Below, piece after piece: positions 56,183 through 64,000 of a stretch of DNA of 64,000 nt. The notes below the pieces were generated by a model. The model was not told the DNA's origin, searched no databases, and saw only the letters and a list, made by a program, of their open reading frames with translations. Source of the DNA: an uncultured Bifidobacteriaceae bacterium (GTDB lineage: Bacteria; Verrucomicrobiota; Verrucomicrobiia; Limisphaerales; UBA11358); contig CAZUBG010000001.1 of the NCBI GenBank assembly GCA_964618545.1, positions 2,885 to 66,884 of the forward strand. The letters are read 5' to 3'. The position numbers and the translations under genes are program-made. Every line of letters begins with the position of its first letter. The first letter of the stretch is position 1.

Positions 56183-58318
56183 ATGCTTAAAGAACCCAAC
56201 AAGCAAATTTATAAGGCAGTGGTGGTCGTGTGGCTGACCCTTTCACTGGGGAGCGTGTTGTTGGCGGCGGCCAACTGGTCGCAACTTTCCCGACTGGTCA
56301 TTGCCGGCCGGCAGGAGACTGGCGTTCGGGAAAACCTGGAACAAATCCTCAAGCTGCTGCTGGACGCCGAAACGGCGGCGCGGGGCTACGTCATCACCGG
56401 CGACAAGAAATTCCTCGGACCGTTGAATGAAACGGAGACGAATCTGCCAGCTTGTTTTGACGCCCTGGCCCAGGCCGCCCCGGAGGAAACCGAACTGCTG
56501 GAAAAGTTTACGGTTCTGCACACCCAGGCCGTGGTGTGCCTGAGCTGGCAATTCAAACTCACCGCCACCCGGGACCGCAGTTTTGGCCGGGCCTCCGACC
56601 TGATGATGACGGGCGAGGGGAAAACGCTGATGGACGGCATCCGCGATCAGGTGGCGAATCTTGGCAAAATCCTGCAAGAACGGCAGGCGAAGCTTCGCGG
56701 GGAAGTGGGAACCCAGTTGTTTCGGGTCGGCCTGACGAGTCTGTGGGCGGGGATTCTGGCCATTGGCTTCGGAGTCTATGCCTTCTGGCTGTCGCGCCTG
56801 ACCTTGAAACATCAAAAGCGGGAGGGGGAGTTAATGGAGGACAAGTTGCGGGCGGAGCACAGCAACAAGGAAAAGAATGTGTTTTTGGCCAATATGAGCC
56901 ATGAAATCCGCACGCCGATGAACGCCATCCTCGGTTTCAGCGAACTGCTGCTGGAGGATTTGCGCGAGCCCCGGCAGCGCCAGTACCTCCAATCCATCCA
57001 GACCAGCGCGAACTCACTGCTCCTGCTCATCAACGACATTCTGGACGTGTCAAAAATCGAGGCCGGGGTCATGCAATTACGCCCCGAACCGACCGATCCG
57101 CGTGAGATCAGTGATCTCATCCGAACCCTGTTTGCCGAACCGGCCGCCAAGAAAGGCATCCGGTTGGAGTGCCAGGTGGCGCCGGATTTGCCCCGGGCCC
57201 TGCTGGTGGATCGCATCCGGCTCCGCCAGATTCTCGTCAATCTGGTTGGCAACGCGGTCAAATTCACGGACGTGGGGATGGTGGAAACGCGGGTGACGTG
57301 GATCAAACAAGCGAATGGCGGCCATCTGACGCTGGTCATTGAAGTGCAGGACACCGGGGTCGGCATTCCACCGGACAAGCTGGCCGTCATTTTCCAGCCG
57401 TTCACCCAGGTGGGCAACCATCGGGAAAAGGAAACCCAGGGGACGGGGCTGGGTCTGGCCATCGTCAAACGCCTGGTCGAACTCATGGGGGGGACGGTGA
57501 CCGTGGCAAGCGTGCCGGGCCAGGGATCGGTGTTTCACCTGCGCATTCCGGACGTGGCCATTTCGGCGCGCCTGGCCAGCGCCGAGAAAGTCCATTCCCG
57601 GGCAGAGGTCAATTTTGATGAACTCGCCCCGGCCACCCTGCTCGTGGTGGATGACTATGAGTTGAACCGCCAGTTGATCGCCGGCATGTTCGCCGACACG
57701 CATCACCGCCTGTTGTTTGCCGCCAGCGGCGAGGAAGCCCTGATCCAGGCGCGCGCCGACAAACCCGACCTCCTGCTCATGGACCTCCGACTGCAGGGCA
57801 TGAGCGGACAGGAGACGCTGGTGGAAATTCGCAAAATCAACGGCCTGGAATTGATGCCCGTCCTGGCCGTGACCGCCGCCAGCCTGACGGAGGCCGAAAA
57901 CTCATTGCCGGAGCACTTCAGCGGTTATGTGCGCAAGCCCTTCACCAAGCGTGAACTCTTTGAGGAACTCGCCGGATTCCTGCCCACCCGGACGGCGGCG
58001 GAAGCCGCGTGGATTCCACCCGCGCCCGGAACCTCCCTGGAATACTCCGCCCCGGTTCCCCGGGAATTGCTCGCCCAATTGCGCCAGCAGCTCATCCACC
58101 CCTGGCCGTCCCTGCGCGACAGCGTCGCGGTCAACGACAGCCGCGTCTTTGCCCAGGGATTGGAAGGCCTGGGCCGGCGCTGGCAATGTCCGGCCCTGAT
58201 CGGCTACGCGCAAACCCTGTTGAGTGACGTGGAGAATTACGCGGTGGCGGATTTGGAAACCCACCTGGGCCAATTTGCCGCCTTGGTCGAAGAACTGGTC
58301 CGCCACACCCCTGAATGA
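56183..58318 (+). CDS. hybrid sensor histidine kinase (CHASE3 sensor, HisKA, HATPase, REC, degenerate Hpt-like tail)
   Basis: CHASE3-like N-terminal region (LLLDAETAARGYVITGDKKFLGP), H-box FLANMSHEIRTPMNAILGF, G-boxes (DTGVGIP, GTGLGLAIVKRLV), and a REC domain (LLVVDDYELNRQ...LLLMDLRLQGMSG). Confidence 0.85.
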   Translation: MLKEPNKQIYKAVVVVWLTLSLGSVLLAAANWSQLSRLVIAGRQETGVRENLEQILKLLLDAETAARGYVITGDKKFLGPLNETETNLPACFDALAQAAPEETELLEKFTVLHTQAVVCLSWQFKLTATRDRSFGRASDLMMTGEGKTLMDGIRDQVANLGKILQERQAKLRGEVGTQLFRVGLTSLWAGILAIGFGVYAFWLSRLTLKHQKREGELMEDKLRAEHSNKEKNVFLANMSHEIRTPMNAILGFSELLLEDLREPRQRQYLQSIQTSANSLLLLINDILDVSKIEAGVMQLRPEPTDPREISDLIRTLFAEPAAKKGIRLECQVAPDLPRALLVDRIRLRQILVNLVGNAVKFTDVGMVETRVTWIKQANGGHLTLVIEVQDTGVGIPPDKLAVIFQPFTQVGNHREKETQGTGLGLAIVKRLVELMGGTVTVASVPGQGSVFHLRIPDVAISARLASAEKVHSRAEVNFDELAPATLLVVDDYELNRQLIAGMFADTHHRLLFAASGEEALIQARADKPDLLLMDLRLQGMSGQETLVEIRKINGLELMPVLAVTAASLTEAENSLPEHFSGYVRKPFTKRELFEELAGFLPTRTAAEAAWIPPAPGTSLEYSAPVPRELLAQLRQQLIHPWPSLRDSVAVNDSRVFAQGLEGLGRRWQCPALIGYAQTLLSDVENYAVADLETHLGQFAALVEELVRHTPE

Positions 58319-59481
58319 ATCCTGATTTATACCCAAACGACCCCCGGCCCGACCGGCCGGAGGAATGGCCGCGCACCGTTTTCGCCGAGGCCGGCCCGGC
58401 GTGCATTCTGGTGGTGGACGACCAACCGTCCAATATTCAGATGGTGGGGTCCGTGCTGGGGCGGCTGGGGCATGAAATCCTCCCGGCGTTTGACGGGGAA
58501 ACCGCCCTGAAGCGAGTGGCGGTGCGCCCTCCGGATTTGATCCTGCTCGACCTGCTGATGCCCGAGATGGACGGTTTTGACGTTTGCCGGCAGTTGAAGG
58601 CCAGTCCGGCCTGGCGGGACATCCCCATCATTTTTCTCTCCGCCGCCGACGACAAGGATCTGATCGTGCGCGCGTTGAACGCCGGCGGCGTTGACTACAT
58701 CACCAAACCGTTCAACCAGGCGGAGCTCGTCTCCCGCGCGCGCACGCAACTGGCGCTGAAAACCGCGCGCGACCAGCTCCGGCAACTGGCGGAAGACAAG
58801 GACGAACTGCTGGGAATTCTGGCCCATGATTTGAAAAATTACCTGGGCGGCATGAACCTGACCGCCCAGTTGTTGTTCGACCGCATCAAATCCGGTCCCG
58901 ACGCGCGGCTGGCCCACCTCGCGGAGAACATCCTGCGTTCGAGCGATCAATCCCTGACCTTTGTGAAGAAATTCCTCGCCAATGCGGCGGCCGAGCACCG
59001 CCTGGCCGTCAAACCGGGCGTCTTCAATCTCACCGAGGTCGCCGCCGGGGTCATCCGGCAGTACCAGGATGCCGCCCGGCGGAAACAATTGCAAATCCGG
59101 ACCGATTTTCCAACGGAACCGGTTCTGGCGCTGGGGGACGTCTCGGCACTCGACCAGGTGCTGGACAACCTGCTGTCCAACGCGCTGAAGTTTTCTCCGC
59201 CGGGGAAAAAGGTGCAGGTCAGCATCCGGCCGGCCGGCCGGCGGGTCGAGTGCCTTGTCCGGGATGAAGGCCCCGGTTTCACGGTTGAAGACCAGGCCGC
59301 CATGTTTCACCGTTACAAACGACTTTCGGCCCGGCCGACCGGGGGGGAGCCGTCCACGGGCCTGGGTCTGAGCATTGTGCGCAAACTGGTGCTGGCCATG
59401 AACGGGGAGTTGTCGTGTGAGAGTGAACCGGGAAAGGGGGCAAGCTTCACCATCCGCCTGCCGGGTTCGGAGGCAAACTGA
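58315..59481 (+). CDS. response-regulator receiver fused to a histidine kinase core
   Basis: REC domain (ILVVDDQPSNIQ...LILLDLLMPEMDG), H-box LGILAHDLKNYLGG, and an ATPase region (DEGPGF, GLGLSIVRKLV). The ATG overlaps the upstream stop (ATGA at 58315-58318). Confidence 0.85.
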   Translation: MNPDLYPNDPRPDRPEEWPRTVFAEAGPACILVVDDQPSNIQMVGSVLGRLGHEILPAFDGETALKRVAVRPPDLILLDLLMPEMDGFDVCRQLKASPAWRDIPIIFLSAADDKDLIVRALNAGGVDYITKPFNQAELVSRARTQLALKTARDQLRQLAEDKDELLGILAHDLKNYLGGMNLTAQLLFDRIKSGPDARLAHLAENILRSSDQSLTFVKKFLANAAAEHRLAVKPGVFNLTEVAAGVIRQYQDAARRKQLQIRTDFPTEPVLALGDVSALDQVLDNLLSNALKFSPPGKKVQVSIRPAGRRVECLVRDEGPGFTVEDQAAMFHRYKRLSARPTGGEPSTGLGLSIVRKLVLAMNGELSCESEPGKGASFTIRLPGSEAN

Positions 59482-59490
59482 ACTGAGTTT

Positions 59491-60855
59491 ATGATGAATT
59501 TTTTGGTGGTGGATGACGAGCAGACCTTTCGGGAGGCCACTTGCTTTCTCATCGGAGAGACCGGACACATGGCGGAGGGCGCGGCGGCCGGCCCGCCCGC
59601 CCTGGCGGCGCTGAAGCAGGAGACCTTTGACGCCGTGCTGCTGGATCTGAACCTCGGCCAGGAAAGCGGCCTCGACCTGCTGGTGACCCTGCAAAAACAG
59701 TTTCCCCAGATCCCCGTGGTCATGTGTACCGCCCAGGGCAGCGTGAAAAACGCCGTGGAAGCCATGCGGCGCGGGGCGGTTGATTTTCTTGAAAAGCCCT
59801 TCCAGCGCGAACAGTTCCTGACGGTGCTGGCCCGGTTGCAGCGGCTGGGCCAGTTGAACCGGCAAATCGAGCAACTGGCGCGGCAGGTCAATGAAAACAA
59901 AACCCAGAGCCTCGAGCCCATTTTTGACTTCACCTCCCCCGCCATGCGCGACGTGATGGACCTGCTCCTGCGCGCTGCCAAAACGCCCGCCTCCATCATG
60001 ATTCTGGGGGAGACCGGCACCGGCAAGAGCGTCGCCGCGCGCGCGGTTCACGATCAAAGCCATCTGGCCGAGAAGCCGTTTGTCACGGTGAGCTGCCCAA
60101 GCCTCTCACGCGAGTTGCTGGAAAGCGAACTGTTTGGTCATGTCAAGGGTGCCTTCACCGGCGCCATCAAGGATCATTGGGGCAAAGTCCGGGCCGCCGA
60201 CGGAGGCACCCTGTTCTTGGACGAGATCGGCGATTTGCCCATGGAAATTCAGCCGAAACTGCTGCGTCTGCTGCAGGAGCGCGAATACGAGCGGTTGGGG
60301 GAAAATGTCACCCGCACCGCCACTCTGCGCGTCATCGCCGCGACGAATCGCGATTTGAAAAAACGCGTGGCCGAGGGCGGGTTCCGTGAGGATCTCTATT
60401 TTCGCCTCAATGTCATCACCGTTGAAATGCCGCCCCTGCGCATGCGGGACGGGGATTTGCTTCGCCTGGCCGCGCATTACGAGGAGTTTTTCGCCCGGCA
60501 ATGCGGCCGGCGCCCCGGCGGACTTTCGCCCGGGGCGATCGCCTGCCTCCAGGCATACGGGTGGCCGGGCAACCTGCGGGAATTGCGGAACGTCATGGAG
60601 CGGGCCGTGATTCTCGCCCGCGGGGAGCAACTCATGCCGGAGGATTTCCCCGCCGAACTGCGCCTTCCGCCGCCCGCCGCCCGGGCCGCAGCCGATCCGC
60701 TCCCACCCGGTGCCATGGTCTCCCTGGAAACATTGGAGGAGGCTCATTTGCGAAAAGTCCTGGAACAAACCAAAAACCTGTCTGACGCCGCCGCCGTGCT
60801 CGGCATTGACCAGGCCACCCTGTACCGGAAACGCAAGAAACTGGGCCTGGAATGA
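59491..60855 (+). CDS. sigma54-dependent (NtrC-family) response regulator
   Basis: REC domain, an AAA+ module with GETGTGKS, ESELFGHVKGAFTGA (GAFTGA loop) and GGTLFLDEIGDL, and a C-terminal Fis-type HTH (AAAVLGIDQATLYRKRKKLG). Confidence 0.92.
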   Translation: MMNFLVVDDEQTFREATCFLIGETGHMAEGAAAGPPALAALKQETFDAVLLDLNLGQESGLDLLVTLQKQFPQIPVVMCTAQGSVKNAVEAMRRGAVDFLEKPFQREQFLTVLARLQRLGQLNRQIEQLARQVNENKTQSLEPIFDFTSPAMRDVMDLLLRAAKTPASIMILGETGTGKSVAARAVHDQSHLAEKPFVTVSCPSLSRELLESELFGHVKGAFTGAIKDHWGKVRAADGGTLFLDEIGDLPMEIQPKLLRLLQEREYERLGENVTRTATLRVIAATNRDLKKRVAEGGFREDLYFRLNVITVEMPPLRMRDGDLLRLAAHYEEFFARQCGRRPGGLSPGAIACLQAYGWPGNLRELRNVMERAVILARGEQLMPEDFPAELRLPPPAARAAADPLPPGAMVSLETLEEAHLRKVLEQTKNLSDAAAVLGIDQATLYRKRKKLGLE

Positions 60856-60863
60856 ACGAGGGG

Positions 60864-60898
60864 GGCGGACGCGCTGATCTCATTCAGGCGCGTCCGCC
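60864..60898. terminator. possible bidirectional terminator hairpin between convergent genes
   Basis: 11-bp stem ggcggacgcgc/gcgcgtccgcc with a 13-nt loop. The T tract (ctttggttattt) is weak. Confidence 0.4.
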
Positions 60899-60929
60899 CT
60901 TTGGTTATTTAGGGTAAAGCGTTGTCAAA

Positions 60930-61376
60930 TCAATTGGCCATCGCGGCGTGCCAGGCATCCCGGAAGGAATCCTTCACATCCTCCCAGGTGCTCTGGAAGT
61001 TCGTCTTCACTCCCTCCCAGTCCGCCGCCGTCGCGTCTTTGACGCTGGCGAATTTCTGCTGCAGCACGGCGCGCTGATCCCGGAGATTTTGCAGTTTTGT
61101 TTGAATGCTGGCTTTTGCGGTCTCGTCGGCATTGGTGGCCTTGTCCGACAAATCCTTGATTCGGGTGTCGAGCGCGGCCAGGTCCGCCCGGGCCTTGGCC
61201 ACAAACTCATCCTTGCGCTCATAGCTGTAATCCACCGCCGCCGCCAGGGATCCGGCGTTGGACACCACGTTGGTGTTTTTCAACGCCGGGCTGTCCACCG
61301 GCGACTTGATCGGCTGACACCCGGTCAGCAGGCCGGCGAGGCCGAGGACGGTAAGCAGGGCGGTTTTGTCATTCAT
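60930..61376 (-). CDS. coiled-coil lipoprotein, unknown function (paralog of 5977..6423)
   Basis: Lipobox LLTGC. Shares the YSYERKDEFV...KLQNLRDQ...ATAADWEGVK pattern with the 5977..6423 product. Confidence 0.7.
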   Translation of the reverse strand: MNDKTALLTVLGLAGLLTGCQPIKSPVDSPALKNTNVVSNAGSLAAAVDYSYERKDEFVAKARADLAALDTRIKDLSDKATNADETAKASIQTKLQNLRDQRAVLQQKFASVKDATAADWEGVKTNFQSTWEDVKDSFRDAWHAAMAN

Positions 61377-61433
61377 AAACGGGCGACCGGTTGACGCTGC
61401 TTTCTATTAACATCAACGGAACCAAGGGGTTTT

Positions 61434-61449
61434 AGCACGCTCCATGCCA
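61434..61449 (-). promoter_or_regulatory. sigma54-type -24/-12 promoter of the lipoprotein gene
   Basis: The minus strand reads TGGCATggagcgtGCTA. The ATG is at 61376. Confidence 0.55.
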
Positions 61450-61510
61450 GCGCTTTGAAAGGCCAAAATCAACAATCCGGGGTCCGGGATTCATGCGAAA
61501 TGCAATTCCC

Positions 61511-61529
61511 GGGTTGCCGCTTGCAACCC
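61511..61529. promoter_or_regulatory. inverted repeat GGGTTGC-N5-GCAACCC, candidate enhancer (UAS) shared by the divergent sigma54 promoters
   Basis: Perfect 7-bp arms centred at 61520, the midpoint between the two -24 boxes (61449 and 61591). It is flanked by further TGCAAT (61501) and GGTTGC (61532) half-sites at ~10-bp phasing. Confidence 0.4.
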
Positions 61530-61590
61530 CCGGTTGCTCCCGCCTCTCGTAAACCGCTCAAACTCACCCCGGGCGGGCGCCCCCCGGGAC

Positions 61591-61606
61591 TGGCATGGCC
61601 CAAGCT
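61591..61606 (+). promoter_or_regulatory. sigma54-type -24/-12 promoter of the repeat-protein gene
   Basis: TGGCATggcccaaGCTA. The ATG is at 61647. Confidence 0.55.
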
Positions 61607-61646
61607 AAATTTCCGTTTAACAAATGAAACCAAATAAAGGAAACAT

Positions 61647-62501
61647 ATGAAAATAACTGCGTATCCCTTTTGCACGGCGGTCTGCATGTCAGTCTTGAGT
61701 TGGTCCCCGGCCACCCAGGCACGGGCGGATCAGGCGGTCGCCGCCGCCAAGCCGGAACAGACTTACACGGGCACGGTTCAGGCCGTTGACCCCCAGGACC
61801 ACACCCTGAACGCCAGGCACTGGCTGCAAACCAGAAAATTCAACCTCGGCGACGATTGCGTCTATATCTTGTCGGACCAAATTCCCGGCACGGTCAATGA
61901 CCTGCGCCCGGGCCAAAAAGTCCGCGTCAGCTACCAGACCTCCCAGGGCGTGCGGGTGGCCGACCGCATCGAGCAGGTGCCGTTGCGCATCGAAGGCATG
62001 GTGAAGGCCGTTGATCCCGCCAACCACACCCTCACGCTCCATCGCCGGGCGCTGGACAAGGACTTTCAGATTCCCGGCGATTGCCGCATCGAGTTGCTGA
62101 ACAATCATCCGGGCACCATGGCCGACATTCAAGTCGGCGACCATGTGACTGTGACCTACGAAACGCCCGGCGATAAATTCACCGCCCGGCAGATTGCGCT
62201 GACCAGCCAGATGTTCACCGGTTCCCTGGTCGCCATTGATTTGCCGGAGCGAACCATTAAGGCCACCGGCGAATTCAGCACCAAAAAATTCGTCCTCGCC
62301 GATCAGTGCGCCATCGTGATCAACGGGAAACCAGCCGGACGACTGGAGGACCTCAAACCCAATGACAAGCTGGTCTTTAACTACGACAACATCAATGGCG
62401 TCAACGTCGTCAACCGGATCGCCCCGACGCCGGAGACGCCGGCGGCGCCCAATTCCGCCATGACCGCCCCCGGCCCGAACCTGCCCGGCATGGGTTACTA
62501 A
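61647..62501 (+). CDS. secreted protein with ~3-4 internal beta-rich repeats, unknown function
   Basis: Signal peptide (...SPATQARA). A ~65-70-aa unit recurs: G-x-V-x-AVD-x3-x-TL ... F-x-hydrophobic-x-D-C ... DL-x-PG-x-KV-x-V-x-Y. Confidence 0.65.
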   Translation: MKITAYPFCTAVCMSVLSWSPATQARADQAVAAAKPEQTYTGTVQAVDPQDHTLNARHWLQTRKFNLGDDCVYILSDQIPGTVNDLRPGQKVRVSYQTSQGVRVADRIEQVPLRIEGMVKAVDPANHTLTLHRRALDKDFQIPGDCRIELLNNHPGTMADIQVGDHVTVTYETPGDKFTARQIALTSQMFTGSLVAIDLPERTIKATGEFSTKKFVLADQCAIVINGKPAGRLEDLKPNDKLVFNYDNINGVNVVNRIAPTPETPAAPNSAMTAPGPNLPGMGY

Positions 62502-62550
62502 TGAGCGGCCGCAAGGACCAGAGAATCAACCACGCACCCTGTCCTGAATT

Positions 62551-62901
62551 ATGAAAAACACGACAACCCTCCTCATCACCCTGCTCACCGGCGCCACCCT
62601 GGGCTGGACCGTCGGCTGCACCGTTCAACCCGTGCAACCCGTGCAACCCGCGCCACCGCCCGGCGCGGTGGCGGGGGAAGTCGAGGTCCCGATGGATCCC
62701 CCGGCGGACATCATGCAATCCCCCCCTTCGTCTCCCGGTTTGGCCTATGTCTGGGTGGGCGGTTCCTGGGTGTGGAATGGCGCCTGGGTTTGGGAGCCCG
62801 GACGCTGGCAAATTCCGCCGCATCCCGGGGCGGTGTGGGTTCCCCACCGCTATGAGAATCGCAACGGCCGGCATGTCTTCATTCGGGGCGGCTGGCGTTG
62901 A
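62551..62901 (+). CDS. YXWGXW-repeat lipoprotein
   Basis: Lipobox (TVGC), a Pro-rich linker, then YVWVGGSWVWNGAWVWEPGRWQIPPHPGAVWVPHRYENRNGRHVFIRGGW. Confidence 0.7.
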   Translation: MKNTTTLLITLLTGATLGWTVGCTVQPVQPVQPAPPPGAVAGEVEVPMDPPADIMQSPPSSPGLAYVWVGGSWVWNGAWVWEPGRWQIPPHPGAVWVPHRYENRNGRHVFIRGGWR

Positions 62902-63050
62902 GGCGGGAGGAGCCGCCGGCTGACCGGGCGGCCCGGACGATTTTCCGCGCCAGCACTGGCGCGGGGAATTCCGGGCCGCCGGCGGCCGGGGTTGCAAAAT
63001 TGGAAAGATGTGCTAGGGTCAAAGGTCCGCTGTTTTCAAGGATTAACAGC

Positions 63051-63467
63051 ATGAAAATACACATTCTCATCAGTCTCGTGACCTGCGTCCTTTTGGGGTG
63101 GTCGGGCCCGGGGGCGGTTCCGGTGCTGGCCATGGACCGCTGGTCGGCGCTTTCATTGATTGAATCCGGAAACAACGATGCCGCCGTCGGTCGCGCCGGG
63201 GAGGTCACCCGGTACCAGATCAAGCCGCTGCTCTGGGCCAGGTATTGCCAGCCCTATCCGGTCACGGCCCGAACCGATCCGCAGGCGGCTCTGCGGGCGG
63301 CTCAACTCATCATGAGCGCGCGCTGCCGGAAGTTTGAACACCACTTCAACCGGGCCCCGACGGATTTTGAATATTATATTTTGTGGAACGCCCCGGCGCA
63401 GGTTCGGAATCCAAACCGGATCGTTTCGGACCGCGCCAACCGGTTTTGCAACCTGGTGAGCGGGTGA
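63051..63467 (+). CDS. lytic transglycosylase (SLT-like) domain protein
   Basis: Signal peptide, then LIESGNNDAAVGRAGEVTRYQIKP, resembling the SLT catalytic E-S-G...G..Q motif. The ATG at 63051 lies inside track ORF 62898..63467. Confidence 0.65.
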   Translation: MKIHILISLVTCVLLGWSGPGAVPVLAMDRWSALSLIESGNNDAAVGRAGEVTRYQIKPLLWARYCQPYPVTARTDPQAALRAAQLIMSARCRKFEHHFNRAPTDFEYYILWNAPAQVRNPNRIVSDRANRFCNLVSG

Positions 63468-63497
63468 CCCCGACCGGGGGTTACTGGCGCTGGCTCC

Positions 63498-64000
63498 TCA
63501 GCCGGGCAACTGCATCGCCTCGTTTAACATCCGTTGAACAATGCTGTTGACCGGCTCGGGCAGTGGTTTTTCCTTCTGCAACAGTGCCAGCTTGTCCTTG
63601 AATTCCGGGGGGATGGCCGGGCGGACTTTTTTCATCGCCAGCAGCGTCTGCACCAGCAGAATGCGCGTCGCGGCGTTCTCCGGGCACGCCAGGCACAACT
63701 CGAGATTCCCGCGAATGATCTCCCGTTCGCCGCTCAGAAAATCGGTCTTCACCCCCTCCATGCCGGCACAGCGGATGGCCAGCAGTTGCTCCAGGCGGAG
63801 CAGGTAATTGGAAAAATTCCGCCCGGCGGGCGCTTGATAAATGCGCGGGTCCGGCTGGCGGTCCACCCCGGCTTCCCGCGCCAGCAAATCCTGCAATTGC
63901 CGCGCCAGTTCCGCCAGCGCCTCCCCGGGGTCGGCGGCGCGAAACTCCGCCGGGAGAGTGCCCAGGCACCGGGCGTCAATCGTTCGGGTCAGGCGCAATT
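63498..64000 (-). CDS. hypothetical protein (5' end probably beyond the window edge)
   Basis: Open frame to the window edge (the track starts it at a TTG at 63998). No family recognised. Confidence 0.35.
   Translation of the reverse strand, partial: LRLTRTIDARCLGTLPAEFRAADPGEALAELARQLQDLLAREAGVDRQPDPRIYQAPAGRNFSNYLLRLEQLLAIRCAGMEGVKTDFLSGEREIIRGNLELCLACPENAATRILLVQTLLAMKKVRPAIPPEFKDKLALLQKEKPLPEPVNSIVQRMLNEAMQLPG

Noticed and set aside
58327-60063. 578-aa minus-strand ORF across the REC-kinase and NtrC genes
   Set aside because: It is antisense to two genes with unambiguous two-component and AAA+ motifs. Its composition is low-complexity and Arg/Gly/Pro-rich.
62622-62648. Tandem 9-bp repeats (ccgttcaac ccgtgcaac ccgtgcaac)
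   Set aside because: They are in frame within the YXWGXW lipoprotein gene and encode the PVQPVQPVQP linker. They are not a CRISPR array or a regulatory array.
1-64000. Search by eye for rRNA, tRNA, tmRNA, CRISPR arrays, integrase or transposase genes
   Set aside because: I recognised none. There is no cloverleaf-like sequence at the island edges and no regularly spaced direct repeats. A tRNAscan/Infernal/CRISPR-finder run would be needed to exclude small RNAs formally.

Overview
High-GC chromosomal window. From gene content I infer a Verrucomicrobiota/PVC-type organism: prepilin-type H-X9-DG proteins, ECF sigma factors with membrane-anchored C-terminal extensions, a YXWGXW lipoprotein and 'AATCRRTPK'-type interspersed repeats. 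About 60 genes are supportable. Core content runs as follows. A lipid-export module: FAD oxidoreductase, lipoprotein, an MMPL exporter fused to an LpxL-type acyltransferase, and a LolA-like protein. Then clpB, a tandem array of ECF sigma paralogs, an M3 peptidase, and an N-heterocycle catabolic cluster (dihydropyrimidinase, PreA-like, M20 amidase, bicupin AllE-like). Further on: GH28, transketolase, nikR, galE, a propeller histidine kinase with a NarL-type regulator, trehalose genes (otsA-otsB fusion, treS-mak fusion), small stress proteins, and a CHASE3 kinase / REC-kinase / NtrC-type phosphorelay. The accessory part is a visibly more AT-rich mosaic island at about 27.9-37.6 kb. It carries Mu-like prophage debris, a decayed VapBC, small conjugative-element-type genes, a PstI/BsuBI-like type II R-M pair and a RadC remnant. 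It also carries the most interesting item: a translationally coupled DUF262 + RelA/SpoT-nucleotidyltransferase operon that I cannot assign to any named defence system. Other notable signals: four intergenic TGGCAY-N7-GCTA sigma54-type promoters, two of them divergent around a centred inverted repeat; two paired 15-bp palindromes (CGTTACCTAGTAACG); a sigma-factor deletion derivative formed between 11-bp direct repeats; and nested hairpin repeats. I saw no rRNA, tRNA or CRISPR. All family calls rest on motif recognition by eye, not on database searches.
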